Source: Deltaproteobacteria bacterium TL4
GTDB taxonomy: Bacteria > SAR324 > NAC60-12
DNA length: 10,204 nucleotides
Assembly: GCA_051382335.1 (NCBI GenBank)
Contig: JBBCAX010000313.1
Coordinates: 1-10,204, forward strand
Direction of reading: 5' to 3'
The first letter of the stretch is position 1; the number at the start of each line of letters is the position of its first letter. Shown here piece by piece: positions 1 through 6,133 of this stretch. Under the pieces are notes generated by a model. That model was not told the origin of the DNA and ran no database searches. It saw only the letters and a program-made list of their open reading frames with translations. The position numbers and the translations under genes are program-made.

Positions 1-37
1 CTTTGGCTTTTCTGGTCAAAGCAAGCTTTGACACTCC
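1..37 (-). repeat. GGAG-tagged REP-like palindrome, with the start of a probable partner REP at the window edge
   Basis: Minus strand reads GGAGT-GTCAAAGC-TT-GCTTTGAC (perfect 8-bp arms at 15-22 and 25-32), then CAGAAAA and GCCAAAG (1-7), which looks like the first arm of an inverted partner cut off by the window end. Confidence 0.55.
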
Positions 38-79
38 TAATCATGAGTCGATTAAATGGGTCATCCAAAATATACATGC

Positions 80-102
80 TGAATTTATTTAAATGCATGT
101 CT
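80..102 (-). mobile_element. Terminal-inverted-repeat-like end of an IS/MITE extending leftward out of the window
   Basis: Minus strand AGACATGCATTTAAATAAATTCA matches AGACGTTCACTTAAATAAATTCA (10044-10066, + strand) at 20/23 positions. It supplies the stop codon of ORF 89..391. Confidence 0.55.
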
Positions 103-391
103 CTATTTGCAGGTTGGCAATCGCTTCAAAAATAATAGGTTCCTCAGAGGGTGAATAGTCCTGACGGAACTGCTTTAAATAATTTAAGGCGAAACTCGGT
201 TTCTTTTCTAACAATGCGGCAACAGCGGCAAAAAACAAGAACCCGGGTTCTTTGGGATATTCCTCCAAGGCGCTTTGAACGGTTGACAAGATCGTAGCCT
301 TACTTCCAAATTTTATGAATTTATCGATAATGATTTTTTGCCACTGATCAAAAGTCAGGGTTGCAGACTTTTTAGGTTGCTTCATAGGCAT
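89..391 (-). pseudogene. Truncated N-terminal fragment of a larger protein with a TPR-like helix pair (recalled resemblance to N-termini of some SNF2/DEAD-box-type helicases)
   Basis: Amphipathic helical pattern FLFFAAVAALLEKKPSFALNYLKQF..EPIIFEAIANLQ. The last residues (ETCI*) and the TAA at 89-91 lie inside the 80-102 TIR-like motif. The helicase resemblance is from memory and unverified. Confidence 0.5.
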
Positions 392-650
392 TTTGAGAAT
401 TTCATATGATTAGAAATGGACAGCAAAAAGAATGACGACTCAACACGTTAACGCAAGGAGATAAACAAGTCCCTGGAAAAATAGAGTCAACTTGGTTTTT
501 TTACATAAGAATGCAGAATGATAAAAGTTAAATTTTTCAAATCATGCCTCGCATTGATTGGAAGCCGTTACTTCTCGTTACCAAAGTCCACCTCGGATCG
601 TTACTTACAATGATTCGATGAGTTTGTGAGAATCCGAGCTTGCGCTACCC

Positions 651-827
651 TTAATAGTAGCGTCCGGAGGGTTCTTCCTTCAACTCAATATTTTCTTGCT
701 CCGATTGAATTTGTGTTTTCTGTTTCCATGAAACTTCGTGGGTGTAGAAATACGTAAAGATTAAGAGGAGCACCGCAATAAAAATCAAAATTGCGTTTTT
801 TTCTTTAGGATCAAAACCATTCGGCAT
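651..827 (-). CDS. 58-aa small single-pass membrane protein (not in ORF track)
   Basis: ATG at 827 to TAA at 651 gives MPNGFDPKEKNAILIFIAVLLLIFTYFYTHEVSWKQKTQIQSEQENIELKEEPSGRYY: KEK followed by a 17-residue hydrophobic helix and a polar tail. Purine-rich AAAGAAAG upstream; in-frame TGA 10 codons upstream; short hairpin over the stop (643-662). Confidence 0.6.
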   Translation of the reverse strand: MPNGFDPKEKNAILIFIAVLLLIFTYFYTHEVSWKQKTQIQSEQENIELKEEPSGRYY

Positions 828-1115
828 ATAATTTTTCTTTCTTTGATAAAAGCATCAGCTTTTTATTAGTACCAAGGCGCAACGGTTACACGGACTAATC
901 TAGCGATCCTCCATAAATTTTCAACGAAAATTCCTGGAAAATTTTCAGTGATTCAGGGAGAAAGAACAAGAACGACTCAAATAAAGAACTTGTATGACTA
1001 CGCTCGATGGGAATTTCACTGAAAAAAAGTGGTAGAAAAACACCCATTTCTATGCTCCCTATAAGTTACTTTTAATAATATTTACAAAAAAAACACCGGG
1101 GTATTTCAAACGATA

Positions 1116-1132
1116 CTGGTGTGCTAATTGCA
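1116..1132 (+). promoter_or_regulatory. sigma54 (-24/-12) promoter candidate
   Basis: CTGGTGTGCTAATTGCA has exact GG-N10-GC spacing and a TTGCA -12 box (consensus TGGCAC-N5-TTGCW), about 80 nt upstream of the ATG at 1214. Confidence 0.55.
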
Positions 1133-1213
1133 GAGTGTCCTGTGACAGCCTGATTGTGATGGCGTTTGGCGTTTCGCCTAAATTTTAACTTTACAACACT
1201 ATGAGAGGAAATT

Positions 1214-1627
1214 ATGAAATCCGCAAAAAATGGATTACTTCTGTTGGTTTTAGCATCCATTATGATGTTTATCATGAGTGGAATTATCCTAGCGCAGTCT
1301 GCTGACTCTGAAGAAGAACAGGCAACAGCAGCAGAACCAGAAGTCAAAGAAGCCGTGGTTGAGAAAGAAGCCGTGGTTGAGAAAGAAGCCGTGGTTGAGA
1401 AAAAAGCCGTGGTTGAGAAAAAAGCGAAGAGTGTTAGTCCCAGATTGACTAAAAAGCAAATTGTAGCCATTCAGGAAGCTCTGAACAAACAGGGTGAACA
1501 ACTTAAAGCTGATGGGGGTTTAGGCAAAAAAACCATTGGAGCCATCAAAAAATTTCAGCAAGCCAATGGCTTGGAAGCTACGGGTAAACCTGATAAGCAA
1601 ACTTTAGCTAAATTAGGTATTGAGTAG
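1214..1627 (+). CDS. Secreted/periplasmic protein with a C-terminal peptidoglycan-binding domain (PG_binding_1-like)
   Basis: RBS GAGGA; Sec signal peptide (MKSAK, hydrophobic core, ILA|Q); acidic/repeat linker; C-terminal IQEALNKQG..ADGGLGKKTIGAIKKFQQANGLEATGKPDKQTLAKLG fits the PG_binding_1 pattern. Confidence 0.85.
   Translation: MKSAKNGLLLLVLASIMMFIMSGIILAQSADSEEEQATAAEPEVKEAVVEKEAVVEKEAVVEKKAVVEKKAKSVSPRLTKKQIVAIQEALNKQGEQLKADGGLGKKTIGAIKKFQQANGLEATGKPDKQTLAKLGIE
1346..1425 (+). repeat. In-frame 18-nt tandem repeat (about 4.4 copies) encoding K(E/K)AVVE
   Basis: AAAGAAGCCGTGGTTGAG x3 (1346-1399), AAAAAAGCCGTGGTTGAG (1400-1417), then partial AAAAAAGC. Confidence 0.95.
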
Positions 1628-1632
1628 ACTCA

Positions 1633-1674
1633 CTGAGTTGTGGGTTCCCGTGATCTTCATGGAACCTCAGTATT
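1633..1674 (+). terminator. Stem-loop directly after the PG-binding gene
   Basis: GGGTTCC (1642-1648) pairs with GGAACCT (1661-1667) and GTGA pairs with TCAT around a TCT loop. The U-tract is weak. Confidence 0.4.
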
Positions 1675-1762
1675 GGATGACCAACGGCTGAAAATGAATG
1701 TTGGCAACCTCTGACGCGTCCAGATCAGATGCGGATTTTGACTGATTCACAGGGGGCCGATT

Positions 1763-1808
1763 CTGAGTAATGGGTTCCCTCTGAAACGTTTTGGTGGGGG
1801 CCCTTTGT
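1763..1808 (+). terminator. Terminator-like hairpin, second copy of the CTGAGTnnTGGGTTCCC unit
   Basis: GGGTTCCC (1772-1779) pairs with GGGGGCCC (1796-1803) using G-U pairs, followed by TTTGTG. Confidence 0.45.
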
Positions 1809-1930
1809 GAAAAAGTAGAAATCTAATTTCCCGTTTCTATAATGATTAAGGACATCTCATTTCCGATTAATTTTAGACAAATTTTTCTGGTGTGAAAAAA
1901 ATTTAACTTCAGACTTTAAAGTTTATTCTT

Positions 1931-1960
1931 TTGACGGGATAAGCGTATTGTGATTACGAT
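1931..1960 (+). promoter_or_regulatory. sigma70-type promoter candidate for the kamA-like operon
   Basis: TTGACG (1931-1936), 18-nt spacer, TACGAT (1955-1960), with an AT-rich upstream region. Predicted start site is about 1967. Confidence 0.55.
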
Positions 1961-1969
1961 TTTTTACGG

Positions 1970-2092
1970 GAGAACATGGGGTTCTTTTATTCAGAACTCC
2001 GGTGGTGTTGGTTTTCTGAAACTAAAGAATGAAGTGGATTAACGGATGGCCATCTCATTTTTTACTTCAATCGTGGTTCAGCTACTGTTCTC
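1970..2092 (+). ncRNA. Putative structured 5' leader (cis-regulatory RNA candidate)
   Basis: Closing stem GAGAACA (1970-1976)/TGTTCTC (2086-2092) encloses stems 1978-1985/1993-2000, 2002-2006/2081-2085, 2008-2014/2019-2025 and 2030-2038/2061-2069. The G-U pairs work only on the sense strand. Confidence 0.4.
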
Positions 2093-2132
2093 ATACTCTA
2101 TTCATTTAATAACGACATTTAAGGAATAAATA

Positions 2133-3431
2133 ATGGAAAGCAACTTAGTTAAACTAAAAAATAACGATGAGGAACCTCCACTTGGCCAATTGTCCAGCCT
2201 TGCCTCCCCATCCTACTCTATTTCTCTTGAAAAACTAAAGTCCCTCTCTTCACCGGCAGAAGACGAGTATCCAACTGTAATCAATCCAAAAACAGAAAAA
2301 TTCCGACAACGTTTCTTTCCCTACTCAACCCCAGAGTTATGGAATAGCTGGATCTGGCAGATCCGCAATCGAATCCAGAATATTGAGACTGTTTCATCAA
2401 TGCTGCAACTGTCCGAAAATGAAAAGAGTGCCATTGAGTGTTCTGAGAAATCTGTCCCTTTGAGCATCACACCTTACTATGCCAGTCTGCTTGACGAATT
2501 TGATCCCAAAGATCCCTTACGCATGACGGTGATTCCTGTCACTGAAGAAAACATCCGTCGGCCAGAAGAGGATATTGATCCTCTGTCTGAAAACTGTCAA
2601 AGTCCCGTGCCTGGATTAATCCAAAGGTATCCGGACCGTGTTTTATTTATGGTTACCGGATTTTGTTCTACCTATTGCCGTTACTGTACGCGGTCGAGGA
2701 TATTAGGTCATCAGGAAGAGTATCGTTTTACTAAAAAACGCTGGGAGCAGGCTCTTAAATACATTGAAAGGACGCCTGTCATCCGGGATGTCCTTTTGTC
2801 CGGAGGTGATGCCCTCACACTTTCTGACGATAGTTTAGAATGGCTTTTGTTCCGGTTGCGGCAAATTCCCCATGTTGAATTTATCAGAATTGGTACCAAG
2901 GTTCCTGTTGTCCTACCGCAGCGTATTACTCCGCAACTGGTTCAGATGTTACATAAATATCATCCGTTGTGGATGAGCATTCATTTTACACACCCCAATG
3001 AACTGACCCCTGAAGTGAAACAAGCCTGCTCCATGCTTTCGGACGCGGGCATTCCCCTGGGGAGTCAGACCGTGCTTTTGAAAGGTGTCAATGATGATGT
3101 AGAGACCATGAAAAAATTAATGCATGGTCTGCTGCGTTTCCGTGTGAGACCTTATTACATCTATCAGTGTGATCCTGTCGTGGGTTCCTCACATTTCCGT
3201 ACGCCAGTCAAAAAGGGGTTGGAAATCATTGCGGGCTTACGTGGCTATACCAGTGGCTATGCCGTTCCTACTTACGTCATTGATGCGCCTGGCGGTGGCG
3301 GCAAAATTCCTGTTCATCTTGATTCAATTCTCGGCTATGACGGAAATAATCTGCTCTTGAAGAATTATGAAGGCAAAACAGTTTCCTACCCAGATGATCC
3401 CACAGAAAAAATCAATTGGAGTGCCTCATGA
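2133..3431 (+). CDS. kamA: KamA-family PLP-dependent radical SAM amino-acid 2,3-aminomutase (lysine 2,3-aminomutase-like)
   Basis: RBS AAGGA at 2121-2125; QRYPDRVL, CSTYCRYCTR (CxxxCxxC), LLSGGD, IRIGTK, SQTVLLKGVND, PYYIYQCD and YVIDAPGGGGK(PLP)IP motifs. Confidence 0.93.
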   Translation: MESNLVKLKNNDEEPPLGQLSSLASPSYSISLEKLKSLSSPAEDEYPTVINPKTEKFRQRFFPYSTPELWNSWIWQIRNRIQNIETVSSMLQLSENEKSAIECSEKSVPLSITPYYASLLDEFDPKDPLRMTVIPVTEENIRRPEEDIDPLSENCQSPVPGLIQRYPDRVLFMVTGFCSTYCRYCTRSRILGHQEEYRFTKKRWEQALKYIERTPVIRDVLLSGGDALTLSDDSLEWLLFRLRQIPHVEFIRIGTKVPVVLPQRITPQLVQMLHKYHPLWMSIHFTHPNELTPEVKQACSMLSDAGIPLGSQTVLLKGVNDDVETMKKLMHGLLRFRVRPYYIYQCDPVVGSSHFRTPVKKGLEIIAGLRGYTSGYAVPTYVIDAPGGGGKIPVHLDSILGYDGNNLLLKNYEGKTVSYPDDPTEKINWSAS

Positions 3432-4423
3432 AAATTGGCATTACCTATGATCTCAGGGAAGAATACCTTGCCATGGGTTATAGTGAAGAGGAAACCGTAG
3501 AATTTGACCGACCCGATACCATTGAGGGGATCGAACAGGCGGTGCAACAGATGGGGTATGAAACGGAGAGGATCGGCCATATAAAAAAGCTGGCTAGCCT
3601 TCTGGTTCAGGGGAACCGCTGGGATTTGGTCTTCAATATTGCGGAAGGTGTGCACGGTTTTGGAAGGGAAGCGCAAGTTCCCTGTTTACTGGAGGCTTAT
3701 GGCCTTCCTTATACTTTTTCGGATCCCCTGCGTCAAACCTTGACCCTGCACAAAGGGATGACCAAACATGTGATTCGTGACTTGGGAATTCCTACTCCTG
3801 ATTTTTTAGTGGTGAAGGAAGAATCGGAGGTGGAGCGGCTGTGTCTCCCTTTTCCCGTTTTTGCCAAACCTGTCGCTGAAGGAACAGGCAGAGGCATAAA
3901 CGAGGACTCAAAAGTTCATAACATCACCGAATTGAGGAAAGTATGCCGCGGCCTGCTTGAGACTTACCAACAGCCTGTTTTAGTGGAAACGTTCCTTCCC
4001 GGAAGAGAGCTTACTGTCGGTATTACTGGAACGGGAAAAAAGGCCAAGGTGATGGGCGTGATGGAAGTTTTGTTACAAGCCAATGCGGAACGGGATATTT
4101 ACACTTACTCCAACAAAGCCCACTATGAGGACCGGGTCAAATACAGGGTGATCGACGGCGTTGTGGCTGAGGAAAGCGCGGATGTGGCCTTGAGGTCATG
4201 GAGGGGGTTAGGATGCTTTGATGGAGGTCGAATTGACCTGAGAATGGATGCCCAGGGGGTTCCCAATTTTCTGGAAGTCAATCCGCTGCCGGGGTTAAAT
4301 CCTCAGCATTCCGATCTTCCCATCCTTTGCCGATTGGCCGGGATCAGTTATCTGACACTGATTCGTGAAATTGTAGAATCGGCTCTGGAACGTGTGAAGG
4401 AAAGAGTCAAAGGGGTTCTATGA
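3428..4423 (+). CDS. D-Ala-D-Ala-ligase-like ATP-grasp amino acid ligase 1 (non-canonical specificity)
   Basis: Likely start is ATG 3428 (MKIGITYDLR), overlapping the kamA stop as ATGA, with GGAG at 3418-3421. Motifs FAKPVAEGTGRGI, VETFLPGRELTVG, GRIDLR and FLEVNPLPGL; lacks the Ddl GGxSxE motif. Confidence 0.88.
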   Translation: MKIGITYDLREEYLAMGYSEEETVEFDRPDTIEGIEQAVQQMGYETERIGHIKKLASLLVQGNRWDLVFNIAEGVHGFGREAQVPCLLEAYGLPYTFSDPLRQTLTLHKGMTKHVIRDLGIPTPDFLVVKEESEVERLCLPFPVFAKPVAEGTGRGINEDSKVHNITELRKVCRGLLETYQQPVLVETFLPGRELTVGITGTGKKAKVMGVMEVLLQANAERDIYTYSNKAHYEDRVKYRVIDGVVAEESADVALRSWRGLGCFDGGRIDLRMDAQGVPNFLEVNPLPGLNPQHSDLPILCRLAGISYLTLIREIVESALERVKERVKGVL

Positions 4424-6072
4424 AAGTGGTCATTTTACATGAGTATGTTCCTGAAAATGCCAGAAAAGATGAAGTCGACGTTTTGATTCAGGCCGAGGCC
4501 GTGTCTCAGGCTTTGTTACAGTTGGGGCATTGCCCCGAAACACTTTCCTTTTCTTTGGATCTTCCGTCCGTGCTTCGCGAGTTAGAGCGCATTAAACCTG
4601 ATTTGGTTTTCAATCTGGTAGAAACTGTGGAAGGTCAGGGGAATCTCATTTACTTTGCTCCCGCGTTGCTGGACTATCTGGGGATTCCCTATACTGGCGC
4701 AACGACGGAAGCTATGTTTTTAACTTCCAACAAAATATTGACCAAGCAGAAACTCCATAGCGTTGATATTCCTACCGCTCCCTGGTGCTCTCCAGGTCAC
4801 TCCCCTGCAATTTCTCTATCTTTTCCAGACCGGTATATTCTGAAGCTGGTTTGGGAAGAGGGTTCTGTGGGTTTGGACGAAGATTCTGTGATTTCCGCAA
4901 ACTCTCTGTCTCAACTTCAAGAAGCCCTCAACCAAAAGCGTAAGCAATATCAAAGAGAGGCTTTTGCGGAAAAGTACATTGAAGGGCGGGAATTCAATCT
5001 GTCCCTTTTGGCGGATGATCACGAAATTAAAGTCCTATCTCCTGCGGAAGTGTGTTTTGATGACTATACTCCCGAAAAAATATGTGTGGTCGGGTATCGT
5101 GCAAAATGGGAGAGTTCGTCGTTTGAATATACGCATACCCGGCGCTCTTTTGATTTTTCCCGGGAAGAGGCTCCTCTTCTGAACCGTATGACACAAATAG
5201 CTCAAGCTTGTTGGGGTTTGTTTGACTTGCGGGGATATGCCAGGGTTGATTTTCGTGTGGATGCCCGGGGAACTCCCTGGGTCCTGGAAATAAACGCCAA
5301 TCCCTGTATTTCGCCCGATGCCGGTTTTGTCGGGGCCGCTTGTCAGGATGGCTTGGAATTTCCAGAGGTGATTGCGCGCATCATAAGAGACAGTCTTCGT
5401 GCTCCAACTGAGCGAATTCGGACTATCGTCCAGAAATATTCCGATCAGCCATATCCTTCTGCGGAGGGAACACCGGTCAGGATTTCAACCAAAGTGAAAC
5501 AAAGCCCAGCCTTAAAAAAAGTAGAAGGCCTGACCTACCGTGAAAAAGCACAGCCTTCTGACTGTGCGGCTATCCAGAAAATTGTAGCGTCCAGTGGTTT
5601 TTTCTGTGAGGATGAAGTGAAGATCGCGGTGGAATTAGTCGAGGAACGCCTGGCTAAAGGGGAACGTAGCGGTTATTTTTTCATCTTTGCGGAACACTAC
5701 GGGGAAGTCATTGGCTATACCTGTTTTGGCCCGATTGATGGGACGCTGTTCAGTTTTGACTTTTACTGGTTGGCTGTTTTGGAAGAATGGCGGGGACGAG
5801 GCATTGGGATGGAGCTTATTCAAAGGACAGAGCAGTCAATTGCCAGGTCCGGAGGTACTCGTATTTATATAGAAACCTCCTCTCGTGACCAGTATACGCC
5901 AACGCGGAAATTATATTTGAAAACGGGTTATATCGAAGAGGCTGTCATTCAGGATTTCTATGCTCCAGGTGATGGCAAGGTGATTTATACAAAAGTAATG
6001 GATTCAGTCCGGGTCCAAAATCCTTCGTTGGAAACCGTTTCTCACAGTGATATTGAAGGAAAAACCTCCTAA
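4420..6072 (+). CDS. Fusion of Ddl-like ATP-grasp ligase 2 (aa 1 to about 325) and a C-terminal GNAT N-acetyltransferase (about aa 370-525)
   Basis: ATGA overlap with the previous gene; EKYIEGREFN, GYARVDFRVD, VLEINANP; about 45-aa linker; GNAT acetyl-CoA motif LAVLEEWRGRGIG and YIETSS..YTPTRKLYLKTGY. Confidence 0.88.
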   Translation: MKVVILHEYVPENARKDEVDVLIQAEAVSQALLQLGHCPETLSFSLDLPSVLRELERIKPDLVFNLVETVEGQGNLIYFAPALLDYLGIPYTGATTEAMFLTSNKILTKQKLHSVDIPTAPWCSPGHSPAISLSFPDRYILKLVWEEGSVGLDEDSVISANSLSQLQEALNQKRKQYQREAFAEKYIEGREFNLSLLADDHEIKVLSPAEVCFDDYTPEKICVVGYRAKWESSSFEYTHTRRSFDFSREEAPLLNRMTQIAQACWGLFDLRGYARVDFRVDARGTPWVLEINANPCISPDAGFVGAACQDGLEFPEVIARIIRDSLRAPTERIRTIVQKYSDQPYPSAEGTPVRISTKVKQSPALKKVEGLTYREKAQPSDCAAIQKIVASSGFFCEDEVKIAVELVEERLAKGERSGYFFIFAEHYGEVIGYTCFGPIDGTLFSFDFYWLAVLEEWRGRGIGMELIQRTEQSIARSGGTRIYIETSSRDQYTPTRKLYLKTGYIEEAVIQDFYAPGDGKVIYTKVMDSVRVQNPSLETVSHSDIEGKTS

Positions 6073-6107
6073 GGGGAAACGCCACTTTACGAGTTACCCC
6101 GATATTT
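6073..6107 (+). terminator. Weak stem-loop after the ligase-GNAT gene
   Basis: GGGGAAAC (6073-6080) pairs with GTTACCCC (6093-6100) with one mismatch, followed by GATATTT. Confidence 0.3.
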
Positions 6108-6133
6108 GTTAACCATCCTTTGAAGAGATTCCC

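Noticed and set aside
1346..1425. CRISPR array
   Set aside because: Head-to-tail 18-nt repeats without spacers, in frame within a CDS; no cas genes.
1072..1501. Minus-strand ORFs 1072..1470 and 1289..1501
   Set aside because: Antisense shadows of the PG-binding gene, kept open by the 18-nt repeat.
1970..2092. Known lysine or SAM riboswitch
   Set aside because: No lysine-riboswitch AGAGGNGC start or SAM-I core (AUC..GAG / GCAACC) is recognisable; kept only as an unclassified structured leader.
3416..3427. Upstream start at 3416 for ligase 1
   Set aside because: ATG 3428 has an RBS (GGAG 3418-3421), an ATGA coupling overlap and a family-like N-terminus (MKIGITYD).
2133..3431. epmB (EF-P modification) or glutamate 2,3-aminomutase
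   Set aside because: Longer than EpmB with the LAM-type APGGGGK motif and no efp/epmA nearby; it retains both Asp residues that Eam replaces.
3428..5395. Housekeeping ddl or van-type glycopeptide resistance ligases
   Set aside because: They lack the GGxSxE and LHG motifs, and no mur/fts or vanH/vanX/vanRS context is present.
1214..6072. Microviridin-like graspetide RiPP (two ATP-grasps + GNAT, with K/E repeats as core peptides)
   Set aside because: The ligases are Ddl-like rather than RimK/MdnBC-like. The repeat protein has a Sec signal and a PG-binding domain, lacks a PFFARFL-type leader and Thr/Ser/Asp core motifs, and appears separately transcribed.
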